From IMG/VR virus record IMGVR_UViG_3300046532_001410: DNA of 20,000 nt; one strand, given 5' to 3'. The notes under the pieces were generated by a model that was not told the origin of the DNA, did no database searches, and saw only the letters and a program-made list of their open reading frames with translations. Shown here piece after piece: positions 1-9,783 of this stretch. Made by a program: the position numbers and the translations under genes. Numbering within the stretch: position 1 is the stretch's first letter; each line of letters starts with the position of its first letter. The stretch comes from an uncultured virus (IMG/VR IMGVR_UViG_3300046532_001410) (Duplodnaviria; Heunggongvirae; Uroviricota; Caudoviricetes).

Positions 1-1
1 T

Positions 2-613
2 AATATGTTAGATGGATTTGGGTTTGGTGGTAAATCACCAGCAATATCGTTTGTATTACAACCAGTATTTGCGGATTTACTTAGAGTACAAGCAATTGAA
101 TTTAATGACCAAATTAGAAAATCTGGACATTCATTTGAAATAGTTAATAACAAATTACGAATATTCCCACGATGGACAAGTACCGCAACAGGTTCACTAT
201 GGTTAGAGTGGAGTAAGGTAACTGATAGAGATAACGCATTACGAACACGATATAGTGGTTCTTATGATACCATATCAGATATTAGTAATGCACCATATGA
301 TAATATGCAATATTCTAATATCAACGATGTTGGTAAACAATGGATTAGAAAGTATGGAATGGCATTATCAAAAGAGTTATTGGGTATGATTAGGGGCAAA
401 TATGGGAGTATTCCTATACCAGGTTCAGAAGTTAGTTTAGATGGTGATACACTACGGGCAGAAGCAACTGCAGAAAAAGAACAATTGATAGAACAATTGA
501 GGGAAATGTTAGACCAAACAAGTAATAGGGCTCTTATGGAAGCTGATAGAGAAGTTTCCGACAACTTACAAGAGAAGTTAAAGAAAGTTCCTTACCCAAT
601 TTATATAGGATAA
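2..613 (+). CDS. Neck protein (T4 gp13-like head-tail adaptor), C-terminal part, 5'-truncated
   Basis: Frame is open from the window edge. The segment WIRKYGMALSKELLGMIRGKYGSIPIPGSEVSLDGDTLRAEATAEKEQL resembles the gp13-like neck C-terminus. Lies upstream of head-closure and terminator genes. Confidence 0.75.
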   Translation, partial: NMLDGFGFGGKSPAISFVLQPVFADLLRVQAIEFNDQIRKSGHSFEIVNNKLRIFPRWTSTATGSLWLEWSKVTDRDNALRTRYSGSYDTISDISNAPYDNMQYSNINDVGKQWIRKYGMALSKELLGMIRGKYGSIPIPGSEVSLDGDTLRAEATAEKEQLIEQLREMLDQTSNRALMEADREVSDNLQEKLKKVPYPIYIG

Positions 614-617
614 TCAA

Positions 618-1103
618 ATGGCAAGTAGATATTGGCCAACAAGAGACACAAACTTAGCTAAACGATTCAACGATGAACTCGTGGGAAATCTCAAAGATGG
701 AACAGAGGGAATCATTGGTCAAGATGTGATACTTTACAGAGTTTCATTATATGATACAACAACAAATATGTATGGTGAAGCAGGTGAGGGTAAAACTTAT
801 GAATCAGGAATTAAGTTATCGTGTATCATAGAGGCAGAAGATTTCAATTGGGAATCAAATGAGTTTGGACCTGATGCAGGACAAAATATAACAATACATT
901 TTCAACGAGATATGTTAATTGATGTTAGTTTCAGACCTGATATTGGTGATGTTATCAGTTGGAACTTAGGTTATTTTGAAATAAATAGTACGAATGAGAA
1001 CCAATTAGTTGCAGGAGATTTTAATAAAAATTGGACAATCTCATGTACAGCAAACTTAACAAGAATAAGTACACTAAATATTGAACAAACAAGGGCGTTT
1101 TAA
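618..1103 (+). CDS. Head closure/neck protein (T4 gp14-like)
   Basis: 161 aa with motifs NMYGEA, EFGPD, RPDIGDVISWN..YFEI typical of gp14-like proteins; syntenic between neck and terminator. Confidence 0.65.
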   Translation: MASRYWPTRDTNLAKRFNDELVGNLKDGTEGIIGQDVILYRVSLYDTTTNMYGEAGEGKTYESGIKLSCIIEAEDFNWESNEFGPDAGQNITIHFQRDMLIDVSFRPDIGDVISWNLGYFEINSTNENQLVAGDFNKNWTISCTANLTRISTLNIEQTRAF

Positions 1104-2794
1104 TGGCACGAAGTAAACCTATACCAAGAAGAGTTCGTAGAGATTTAAACTCGGTTGCAATCCGTGATGATTATAATAGAGGTAATGAGATACGAAGAGA
1201 TAATGATAAGGTACAAAACATATCAAATACCATTATGGATATGGATGGTGCAATTATGTACTATTTTAATGAAGTAATTAAACCTAATGTCGTAGAAAAT
1301 AAAGAAACAATTAAAGTTCCAGTTATGTATGCATCACCAGAGAGGTGGTTTTCTATACAAAAACAGGGATTTATGAGAGATAAACGACAACAATTAATTA
1401 CACCAGCAATTGTATTTCGTAGAACTGGTATGGAGAGAAATGAAAATATACCTATCGATAAGATGGATGCAAACAAACCACACAATTTTCAAACATTCCA
1501 ACAGAAATATTCACAGAATAATCGTTATGACCAATTTTCAAAAACTGTCGGTGAAACCCCGAATAAAGAATATTACAATGTAGTTATACCAGATTATATG
1601 ATATTGAATTACGAGTTTACTATTTGGACTTCATATATAGAACAGATGAATGCAATTGTAGAAAAGATAAATTATACGGATGGTGCTTATTGGGGTGAAC
1701 CTGGTAAGATGAAATTCAAAAGTAGAATAGAAACCTTTACAGATGCAAGTGAATTGGATGCTGGTGAACGAATAGTAAAGACTAATTTTAGTGTTCAATT
1801 AATGGGGTATATTATACCCAAAGAATTTAATAGTTTAATAACTACAAGAAAACAACTCACACCAAAAAAGATTATATTCAATATGGATGTTGAGAAGAGT
1901 TCAGCAGAAATCTCTGCAGTTGGACCAGGTGGTGGGGTATCCATTTCAACACCAGTACAAGATATATTTTCTATAGCGGTATCAAATGGATTAACATTTC
2001 AAGCAGGAACAGGTGTTACATTAAGTAATAATGGTGCAACATTTGATGGTTCACAAGCAGTAGCACAAACAATTTCAATAGGTCAAGATGTTAGTACTAC
2101 ATCAAATGTAACCTTTAATCAGATAACTGCTGGTTCATTAATATTTGGTAATCCGACAGTCTATTCCTACACTGGTATTAGTGGTAGTGTAAATATAACA
2201 GGTTCATTAACTACAAGTGGAGACATGACTGTACAAGGTGATACCACAATATTAGGTACACTAACTGCAAAAGAATTTAAAACAACCTATGTTTCTTCGA
2301 GTATATTATTTGAAAGTGGTTCTACTAAGTTGGGAGATACCATCGATGATAATCATCACAGAACTGGTAGTGTAAACATAACTGGTTCGTTTAGTTTAAA
2401 TGGATATAGTATTAATGAACTATCTAATGATAATACATTAGGAGACCAAAGTACAACTACATTAGTAACTGAAGCAGCATTAAAAGCATTTTCTACAAGT
2501 AATATTGAGGATACACAAACCTATTTGAGAAAACAATATTATAAATCTACTACTTCAATCTTGAATACTGCTACTGCAAGTTTCACAGCAGTAACGGCAT
2601 CTGCACCTGCAGGTGTAACTGCAACAGATGAAAACGATTTCTTATTCTTTATCAACGGACAATATATGGAACATGATGCTATAACAATTCAACAGAGTGG
2701 TTCATCATTTTTACTACAAGTAGATACCGATGGAATTGGATATGAATTAGAAAGTGATGATGAGATTATATCGGTAGGTAAATTTAACTCATAA
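1103..2794 (+). CDS. Tail terminator/sheath stabiliser (T4 gp15-like) with C-terminal fibre-like extension
   Basis: N-terminal ~260 aa has KVPVMYASPERW, PDYMILNYEFTIWTSYIEQMNAIVE and FSVQLMGYI (gp15-like). C-terminal ~270 aa is Ser/Thr/Gly-rich and paralogous to the next ORF. TAATG stop/start coupling at 1101-1105. Confidence 0.7.
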   Translation: MARSKPIPRRVRRDLNSVAIRDDYNRGNEIRRDNDKVQNISNTIMDMDGAIMYYFNEVIKPNVVENKETIKVPVMYASPERWFSIQKQGFMRDKRQQLITPAIVFRRTGMERNENIPIDKMDANKPHNFQTFQQKYSQNNRYDQFSKTVGETPNKEYYNVVIPDYMILNYEFTIWTSYIEQMNAIVEKINYTDGAYWGEPGKMKFKSRIETFTDASELDAGERIVKTNFSVQLMGYIIPKEFNSLITTRKQLTPKKIIFNMDVEKSSAEISAVGPGGGVSISTPVQDIFSIAVSNGLTFQAGTGVTLSNNGATFDGSQAVAQTISIGQDVSTTSNVTFNQITAGSLIFGNPTVYSYTGISGSVNITGSLTTSGDMTVQGDTTILGTLTAKEFKTTYVSSSILFESGSTKLGDTIDDNHHRTGSVNITGSFSLNGYSINELSNDNTLGDQSTTTLVTEAALKAFSTSNIEDTQTYLRKQYYKSTTSILNTATASFTAVTASAPAGVTATDENDFLFFINGQYMEHDAITIQQSGSSFLLQVDTDGIGYELESDDEIISVGKFNS

Positions 2795-2802
2795 GGTAAT
2801 AG

Positions 2803-3648
2803 ATGCCATTATTTACATTTAAAAACCCATTAACAATATCAGATGGAACAGGTTTCACATCATCCTTTGATGGTGAGATGGATGGGTTATTGCCGGCAAT
2901 AAACGAATTAAGTATAGGGCAGACTGTTGCCACAAGTTCCAATGTAACTTTTAACGAAACCAATCTTGATGAAACTCAAACATTTATTATTCCTAATAAC
3001 GCCGGTACTCAAAATATGGTATTGGGATATGGGTTTATATCAGGTTCAACAATAGCATTTACAAATGACCTTGTTGTTAGTGAGAATTATACACATGAAG
3101 ATGATGTAACAATATTGGGTTCAGTATCATATGAAGCTTCAAATTTTAGTGGTTCATCAGTAACCACAATACATCAAAGTGGTAGTACAACTTTCGGTAA
3201 TACACTCGATGATGTACATAATATAACTGGTAGTTATTCTATTAGTGGTTCAATCAATATTAATGGTGTAGAAATAAATGAAATAAGTAATAATTCAGAT
3301 TTTAGTGATGGGAGTAGTACTACACTCGTAACAGAAGCAGCAGCATACACAGGGGTGTTAGGTGATTCAGGGCCTAATAGTGTTTTCCTTAGAAAGAATT
3401 TTGCAAAATCGGGAACGATGACAAATTCAACTGCCTCATTTACTGCAGTTACCGCATCAGTAAGTACATTAACAACTACAACAAAAAATGATTTTCAATT
3501 CTTTTTAAATGGTATGTTAATGGAACCAGATGCATTAACAATAGAACAAAGTGGTTCTAAATTTTTAACCCATATAAATACTACATCGTTAGGATTTAAT
3601 TTGGTAAGTGGTGATGAAGTGGTTGCTTGGGGAAAATTTAATTCATAA
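2803..3648 (+). CDS. Virion structural protein, paralog of the C-terminal domain of 1103..2794
   Basis: Shares SIGQ.V.T.SNVTFN, SGST..G.T.DD.H..TGS, INE.SN, TTLVTEAA, TASFTAVTAS, NDF.FF.NG..ME.DA.TI.QSGS.FL and the terminal GKFNS with the upstream protein. Confidence 0.7.
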   Translation: MPLFTFKNPLTISDGTGFTSSFDGEMDGLLPAINELSIGQTVATSSNVTFNETNLDETQTFIIPNNAGTQNMVLGYGFISGSTIAFTNDLVVSENYTHEDDVTILGSVSYEASNFSGSSVTTIHQSGSTTFGNTLDDVHNITGSYSISGSININGVEINEISNNSDFSDGSSTTLVTEAAAYTGVLGDSGPNSVFLRKNFAKSGTMTNSTASFTAVTASVSTLTTTTKNDFQFFLNGMLMEPDALTIEQSGSKFLTHINTTSLGFNLVSGDEVVAWGKFNS

Positions 3649-3685
3649 ATATAGAGATTCCCACATTGGTTTTACCATTGTTTGA

Positions 3686-3693
3686 TATTTATA
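3686..3693 (+). promoter_or_regulatory. Putative late promoter motif TATTTATA
   Basis: Recurrent intergenic motif. Confidence 0.55.
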
Positions 3694-3696
3694 AGT

Positions 3697-3972
3697 ATGA
3701 GAAAAAGAAGTTGGAAAGATAGAAAAAATAGAAAATGTCCATCTTGTACTAAGATGTTAACATATTCAAGAAAAGATGCTTTTGATAGAGCAGTTGGTAA
3801 TAATAGTGTGTGTAAATCGTGTGCACAATCTGATAGAAAGTTAACATTGGATACGATTGAAAAGATGAAACAACCAAAGACTATCCAACATAAGAAAAAG
3901 ATTTCTAATTCAATACAGAATTGGTGGGAAGAACGTAAACAAGAAGAGATAAGACATGGCATTAATAGATAG
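3697..3972 (+). CDS. Small basic Zn-ribbon/NUMOD3-like DNA-binding protein
   Basis: CPSC...CKSC pair followed by LTLDTIEKMKQPKTIQHKKKISNS (NUMOD3-like). ATG 3697 preferred over TTG 3682. Overlaps the next gene by 17 nt. Confidence 0.6.
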   Translation: MRKRSWKDRKNRKCPSCTKMLTYSRKDAFDRAVGNNSVCKSCAQSDRKLTLDTIEKMKQPKTIQHKKKISNSIQNWWEERKQEEIRHGINR

Positions 3973-6388
3973 TAAACAACTGAATCCACGATTGACTGGT
4001 TCATTTACTCTAAGTGGTTCACTTACGGGTACTGCAATTATTCCACCAGAAGCTATTGATGGACAACTTGGTATATTTGCTTCGACTGGTTCTTATCAAT
4101 CCACACATAATAGTTTAGTAATAACGGGTTCAATAACATCAAGTGCTGGATTTGAAGGTGATGGTAGTGGATTGACTGGAATATTACCAAGTGGTATAAA
4201 TGGACAACTTGGAATCTTTTCATCAACAGGTTCAATACAATCCACACACAATGATTTAGTTGTTACTGGTTCAATGAGTGTAAACACTGCAGTAACTACA
4301 TCAACTGCAATAACTACAAACAATATAACAACTGGGTATCCTACTTCTAATAATTGGGGTACAAGTTTAGATGGAAGTTACTTTAATAACTTTGATAATA
4401 CAACCCACGTGAGTGAAATATTAAGATTTATGGCTGGAATAATTAGTCATTCAATAGATACATCATCCCCAACACCAAACACAAAGACATTTGCAAGTAT
4501 AGATACAATTGAAAATAGTTTAGGTAACACAGATACTGTCGATGGATATTTACCACAGAGTTACGATAGTTCAAATGCAACTATGAAATATCTTTATACA
4601 AAAAGGTGGGTAATAGATGGTGGTACAATATTTAGTGGGGTTAGTTCATATCACGATAATGGTAATACATATAAAATAGATTTTGATTCTAATAGTGGTG
4701 GTTCAACGAGTATTAATTCCACATCCGATACCGAGTTATTTGGGTTGGGAAGTTTAACAAGTGGTGGAGTAACAGATTTTAAAGTTAGAGTATATGCAAC
4801 ACAATCGTTTAGTGATACGGGTAGTATTTCTACACCAACAAATACATCTAACAAATACACAACCCAATCAATATATGATATAACACAGGATTCATTTGGA
4901 ACAACAAGTGGTGTGACTTTAGCAAAAATTGATTCTGCTAATCCCGCAGTTATACCTGCTGCATATCAAGATGGTAAGTTTGTAGATGTAGGTGGTACAA
5001 GTATGAAAACTTTGTTGAGAAAATATCACGCAACTGAAACAAGTTTTACAAGTGTATCATCAAGTGGATACTATAATTTTTATGGGTTAAAGGTTGGAAT
5101 TGCAACTGGTTCAGGTGATTATACTTTCAAAGCTGGTTCATCTAAAAATAGATTTTGGGCACCAATAGACCAGATAAGTACAGATATCGGAACTAATTCA
5201 TTAACAATATCACATGCAACTCAGAGTTATGTAAGTGCTACATCAAGAAGTTTGAGTGGAGCACCATATTTAATTAACTCAACATATCATTTAAGTGCAT
5301 CGGTGAGTGGATTATTTAACCCAATGTACGCAGCATCAACCACGATAGTTGATGATAATATAAGTTCAGTAGGTGTTGGTTCAGTAAGTTCAACATCTGG
5401 TGTAGATGATTTAAGTACGAATGGGGGAACAATTCAAACTGCAAATGCAGTATTTAGTGATACAAGTCATTCACCAACAGTCAGAGGTACGAGTGTAGTA
5501 CCAACAAGAACAGATGTTTATAAACATAATTCAATTTATACTTTAGCTGGTTCTACAGGAGAAAATATAAATCAGACTGGTGTAAGTGATTCTACATTTA
5601 CAATCGGAGTTAGAGCAAGAAATCGTGCATCATCTCAATCTACATTAGCAACCTATACATACAATTACCACAACGCTGGAACATTCGGACAACCCGCAGG
5701 TAGTGGTTCTTTGGGAGTCTATCAGAGAGCACAAGGATATGATGGTGGAAGTTTGACTGGAACGAGTGAAACATTTACAGGAGAAGATTTTAGAATACAA
5801 TTATTAGATAATGTTACAGCATTTAATGGTACTGCTTGGGTTACTACATATGCAATCAATCAGTTGGGTTCTTATGATTTACAAGTGAAACCGGGATATT
5901 TGGTAGACCCAGGTGGAGATTATAGATATTGGTATTATGAGGATTATAATGACCATGGAACATACAAATATTATATACGAAGATTCCAAGATGGAAGTGC
6001 AAGAACAAGTATGACCATCAATACAGGTAAAACATTAGTGAATTGGAACTCTACATCAACAGGTACGGCAGTTGGATTGATATTAAAGAGTGGTACAAGT
6101 GCAGGAAGTAATACATCAATTACAAATTGTAGACTATATGACCCAAGTGCAACTACAAGTAACTTGATATCTGCAGGAGTATCAACGGATAACCATATTA
6201 ATCCATTCAGTTCTGATATAGATTTGTATGGGAACACTGGTGGTAGTATATCCACAACCACTTATACTGTCCCAATGAGAAATGCGGATGGAATGTACTT
6301 AGATTCAAGTGATAATGAACTTTATGTAATAGTTAGATATAAAGGTGATGAAACACCAGTAACTTCAATAGCAGTGACATTTAGTTAA
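3956..6388 (+). CDS. Large Ser/Thr/Gly-rich virion structural (fibre/collar-like) protein
   Basis: 810-aa ORF with beta-rich composition and an N-terminal tandem repeat; located in the structural cluster. Confidence 0.6.
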   Translation: MALIDSKQLNPRLTGSFTLSGSLTGTAIIPPEAIDGQLGIFASTGSYQSTHNSLVITGSITSSAGFEGDGSGLTGILPSGINGQLGIFSSTGSIQSTHNDLVVTGSMSVNTAVTTSTAITTNNITTGYPTSNNWGTSLDGSYFNNFDNTTHVSEILRFMAGIISHSIDTSSPTPNTKTFASIDTIENSLGNTDTVDGYLPQSYDSSNATMKYLYTKRWVIDGGTIFSGVSSYHDNGNTYKIDFDSNSGGSTSINSTSDTELFGLGSLTSGGVTDFKVRVYATQSFSDTGSISTPTNTSNKYTTQSIYDITQDSFGTTSGVTLAKIDSANPAVIPAAYQDGKFVDVGGTSMKTLLRKYHATETSFTSVSSSGYYNFYGLKVGIATGSGDYTFKAGSSKNRFWAPIDQISTDIGTNSLTISHATQSYVSATSRSLSGAPYLINSTYHLSASVSGLFNPMYAASTTIVDDNISSVGVGSVSSTSGVDDLSTNGGTIQTANAVFSDTSHSPTVRGTSVVPTRTDVYKHNSIYTLAGSTGENINQTGVSDSTFTIGVRARNRASSQSTLATYTYNYHNAGTFGQPAGSGSLGVYQRAQGYDGGSLTGTSETFTGEDFRIQLLDNVTAFNGTAWVTTYAINQLGSYDLQVKPGYLVDPGGDYRYWYYEDYNDHGTYKYYIRRFQDGSARTSMTINTGKTLVNWNSTSTGTAVGLILKSGTSAGSNTSITNCRLYDPSATTSNLISAGVSTDNHINPFSSDIDLYGNTGGSISTTTYTVPMRNADGMYLDSSDNELYVIVRYKGDETPVTSIAVTFS
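4040..4272 (+). repeat. Intragenic repeat, 141-nt period (GQLGIF.STGS.QSTHN.LV.TGS x2)
   Basis: GGACAACTTGG occurs at 4061 and 4202; the peptide repeat is visible in the translation. Confidence 0.85.
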
Positions 6389-6398
6389 GAGATAAATT

Positions 6399-7526
6399 AT
6401 GGCAATTAATAACGAAAAAAAATCAAATAGATTACTCGGTGGTAGAAGATTTACGAGTGCTGATTTAAATACTTCACAAGAAGCATTTACAGAGGTATTG
6501 GATTTAGGTGCATCCGAGATTTATACTCAAGCCAATTTAATACCATCAAGTGGATTACCATTTAGTGGAAGTTCTCAGAGTGGAACTACGTTTCAAGTTA
6601 ATAGTAATGATGTATTAAAATATTGGTATAGGTTTAGGTTAACTAAATCTAATGTTGATGAGGATGCTTGGTTCTTTATTTCACCGACAGGTAGTGCAAG
6701 TGGGGTAACCCCGCAGTTAATACAAACTGGCCAACAAACAAATTTCATATCACCAAAATATTCAATTGCTTCATTAGCAAATGCTAATACAGAAGATACA
6801 ACACCTGGATATGGAGTTAGAGTATATTCATCAACAGGAACTAATAGTGGTTCATTAGATGGGGATGATGTTATATCAGGTAATGATTATCAGTTTGATT
6901 ATAAAACTGGTGTATTACAATTTGATACTGCAAGAAGTTCAAATGCTATAGTTTATATGAGTGTTTGTCAATATGTTGGTACAACACTTGCAACTGGATT
7001 AAACATACAAGGTGATATAACTGCAAATAATTTTATAGTAAGTTCATCGGTTACGAATATAACCACGCAGGAGATAAGTGGTTCAACAAGGTTCGGTGAT
7101 AGTTTAGATGATACACATCAATTTACAGGTAGTGTTAGTATTAGTGGTTCACTTACACCTACCGCAGATGATATTATGGATTTGGGGAGTGCAACCTTCC
7201 AATGGAAAGATTTACACTTAGATGGTACAGCAAATATAGATACATTAAGTTTATCCGATGGGTTTACTTATAATGGGGTATCATTAAATACGAGTGGTAG
7301 TGGAGCAGCAACAGGTTTACAAGTTACTGGTTCTAACTTCGAGTTTAGGGCTAACAACCCAGACAATTTATTCACACTAAAAAATAGTAGTGATGAAATA
7401 TCTATACAGATAGATAATAAAGTAATAATATTGGGGGAATCTACTTCAACACCGACACCACAAAAGGGTGGAATGTATTATAGTAGTTCAGTATGGTATT
7501 TAGGGTACGAAAACTCACCAATCTAA
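6399..7526 (+). CDS. Virion structural/fibre-associated protein
   Basis: 375 aa; DYQFDYKTGVLQF motif and the shared SGSTRFGDSLDDTHQFTGS module. Confidence 0.6.
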   Translation: MAINNEKKSNRLLGGRRFTSADLNTSQEAFTEVLDLGASEIYTQANLIPSSGLPFSGSSQSGTTFQVNSNDVLKYWYRFRLTKSNVDEDAWFFISPTGSASGVTPQLIQTGQQTNFISPKYSIASLANANTEDTTPGYGVRVYSSTGTNSGSLDGDDVISGNDYQFDYKTGVLQFDTARSSNAIVYMSVCQYVGTTLATGLNIQGDITANNFIVSSSVTNITTQEISGSTRFGDSLDDTHQFTGSVSISGSLTPTADDIMDLGSATFQWKDLHLDGTANIDTLSLSDGFTYNGVSLNTSGSGAATGLQVTGSNFEFRANNPDNLFTLKNSSDEISIQIDNKVIILGESTSTPTPQKGGMYYSSSVWYLGYENSPI

Positions 7527-7534
7527 TATTTATA
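7527..7534 (+). promoter_or_regulatory. Putative late promoter motif TATTTATA
   Basis: Directly after a stop codon, upstream of the fibre gene. Confidence 0.55.
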
Positions 7535-7567
7535 ATTGATAATTAAAAGTCCAATTAGGAGAACAAC

Positions 7568-9409
7568 ATGGCACAATGGAGAAAAGTAGTAGTATCAGGT
7601 TCATCACCAGAATTTTCGGTGGTGAGTGCATCATCTGATATATATGCTACAGGGAACGTAAAAACAATCGGTGATTTAACAGTCGCTGGTGGAGATATTG
7701 TACTCGGAACAACGAGTATATTTTCTGGTGGTAATACCACTTCCTTGAATAATATAGATGCAATTGACGCAACAACGGAAGCAACTATAGAATCCGCTAT
7801 TGATACATTAAGTAACCTAACTACAGTCGGAGCTTTGGATGCGGGTAGCATTACAAGTGGATTCACTTCCATTGATGTTGGTAGTGGAGCAATAACTACG
7901 ACTGGAACTATTAGTGGTGCTACGGGAACATATACAGGAACAATTAGTGGTTCTGCAGTTTATGGTACTACGATTGGACAGAACAGAGTTGATGGTGTGA
8001 AAACAATAACCATTGAAGCAAATTCTACAATTAACCAAGATGTTACAAGTGATGCTTCCCCCCAATTTACAGGTATAGAATTAGGACATGGTAGTGATAC
8101 AACAATTACAAGAGCAAGTGCAGGAAATTTAAATATTGAGGGTAATGTTGTTTATCGTGCTGGTGGAACTGATGTCCCAGTGGCAGATGGTGGAACAGGT
8201 GCCTCAACATTAACAGATGGTGGAGTTCTATTAGGTAGTGGAACTGGTGCAATCACAGCAATGGGCGTTCTTTCAGATTCCCAAATGATTGTTGGTGATG
8301 GTAGTGGTGACCCAGTAGCAGAAAGTGGAGCAACATTAAGAACTTCAATCGGAGTTGGAACTACAGATGCTGTAAGTTTCGGTTCATTGATTAGTGGTTC
8401 TGCAGATTTATGGGTAGGAGATACTACAAGCTATATAAGTGGTAGTGGTGGTAACTTTAAAGTTACTGGTAATATAAACGGAACTATCGCAACAGCAACG
8501 CAAGGAACTATTGACCACGATAGTTTAGCAAATTTTGTAGCAAATGAACATATAGACCATAGTTCAGTAAGTGTTGTAGCAGGTGCCGGATTAACAGGTG
8601 GTGGAACAATCGCAGCTAACAGAACTATCAATGTTGTTGGTGGAACAGGTATAACTGCAAACGCCGATGAAATAACAACCACAGATGGTGAGATTGTTCA
8701 CGATAATTTAAGTGGATTTGTAGCAAACGAACACATAGACCATAGTGGAGTAACGATAACTGCAGGAACTGGATTAACTGGTGGTGGAACAATAGCCGCA
8801 ACAAGAACTTTAAACGTAGCTGGTGGAGATGGTATAACTGCAAATGCAAATGATATTGCAATCACTGCAGCACAAACAACGATTACTTCGATATACAATA
8901 CGGCTTTAAAAGTTGGTTCAGCAGCATCACAAGAGTATGTTGATTTCTCAACTGCTAATGAGGTTAATACTAAGATTAATAATTCAGAAATTCATAGTGT
9001 AACTGCGACGGGTGTAGATATAACTGGTGCAGTTACTATTAGTGGTAACTTGGATGTTAATGGAGATTTAACAACAATCGATAGTACAAACTTGAGAGTT
9101 GCAGATAGATTTATCTACGCTTCAAGTGGTTCAACAAGTGGAGATGGTGGTTTAATAATTGGAACTGGTGCAAATGGTATCGGTACTGCACTTGGATATG
9201 ATGATAGTGTTAAGAGATGGGGATTAACCAAAGAAGATGATACTGCTCACGATGCTACAGCAATCGTACCAAGACAATATGTTGTTTCGGTTAGTGGTTC
9301 TGCAACATCACCAGGTGCTACTCCATCAGATTTTGGAACAGCAGCAGGAGATAGAATTGGAATGATGCATGTCAACACTAATGATGGTGAGATTTGGATT
9401 TATAGTTAA
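7568..9409 (+). CDS. Tail fibre protein
   Basis: 613 aa, Gly/Thr/Ser-rich, with fibre motifs VPVADGGTGASTLTDGGVLLGSGT and AGTGLTGGG; AGGAG RBS upstream. Confidence 0.7.
   Translation: MAQWRKVVVSGSSPEFSVVSASSDIYATGNVKTIGDLTVAGGDIVLGTTSIFSGGNTTSLNNIDAIDATTEATIESAIDTLSNLTTVGALDAGSITSGFTSIDVGSGAITTTGTISGATGTYTGTISGSAVYGTTIGQNRVDGVKTITIEANSTINQDVTSDASPQFTGIELGHGSDTTITRASAGNLNIEGNVVYRAGGTDVPVADGGTGASTLTDGGVLLGSGTGAITAMGVLSDSQMIVGDGSGDPVAESGATLRTSIGVGTTDAVSFGSLISGSADLWVGDTTSYISGSGGNFKVTGNINGTIATATQGTIDHDSLANFVANEHIDHSSVSVVAGAGLTGGGTIAANRTINVVGGTGITANADEITTTDGEIVHDNLSGFVANEHIDHSGVTITAGTGLTGGGTIAATRTLNVAGGDGITANANDIAITAAQTTITSIYNTALKVGSAASQEYVDFSTANEVNTKINNSEIHSVTATGVDITGAVTISGNLDVNGDLTTIDSTNLRVADRFIYASSGSTSGDGGLIIGTGANGIGTALGYDDSVKRWGLTKEDDTAHDATAIVPRQYVVSVSGSATSPGATPSDFGTAAGDRIGMMHVNTNDGEIWIYS
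8510..8858 (+). repeat. Intragenic tandem repeat, 183-nt (61-aa) period, His-containing fibre repeat
   Basis: HD.L..FVANEHIDHS.V...AG.GLTGGGTIAA.RT.NV.GG.GITANA..I occurs twice; TTTGTAGCAAA at 8534 and 8717. Confidence 0.9.
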
Positions 9410-9433
9410 TAAATAATAAATAAAAGAGGTTAT

Positions 9434-9724
9434 ATGGCGATAAGAGCGAAAGAAGTAAAAACTATTGTTAATGAAGTAGCAAAGTTTAAAAAGGATGAAA
9501 TTGAATTTTTATTCGAATTGATTAAAAATGGAATGATTCCAGGTAAACATATTGGTCTTGCAATGGATGTGATTAATAAATTAAAATCACAATACCAATT
9601 GTTAGATAGAAAAGGTGCTGTAGTTAAGACAACTAAAAGTACTAAAGATGTAGTAAGAGAGAATATAGAAAGAGTTCAACACGAAATTAAAGAGCAAGAT
9701 GGTGAACTTTTTATTGAAGAATAA
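9434..9724 (+). CDS. Hypothetical small helical protein (possible fibre assembly factor)
   Basis: 96 aa, GAGG RBS, directly follows the fibre gene. Confidence 0.6.
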   Translation: MAIRAKEVKTIVNEVAKFKKDEIEFLFELIKNGMIPGKHIGLAMDVINKLKSQYQLLDRKGAVVKTTKSTKDVVRENIERVQHEIKEQDGELFIEE

Positions 9725-9726
9725 CT

Positions 9727-9783
9727 TTATTGGCCTGATGTTTGGCGACATTGGGAAGTGGGCCGAAAGGTAACCAACCATAA
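9727..9783 (+). ncRNA. Candidate structured cis-regulatory RNA (three-way junction with GAAA tetraloop)
   Basis: GC-rich patch in an AT-rich intergenic region. Pairings: CCTGATGT/ACATTGGG hairpin, TGG-GCC-GAAA-GGT-AA-CCA hairpin, closing TTA(T)TGG/CCATAA next to the RBS. Confidence 0.5.

Noticed and set aside
8510..8858. Diversity-generating retroelement TR/VR pair
   Set aside because: Both copies are in-frame within one gene, differences are not adenine-specific, and there is no reverse transcriptase in the window.
9735..9768. Hammerhead ribozyme (CTGATG...GAAA)
   Set aside because: The core reads CUGAUGU rather than CUGANGA, the GAAA is a hairpin tetraloop, and the stem geometry does not fit.
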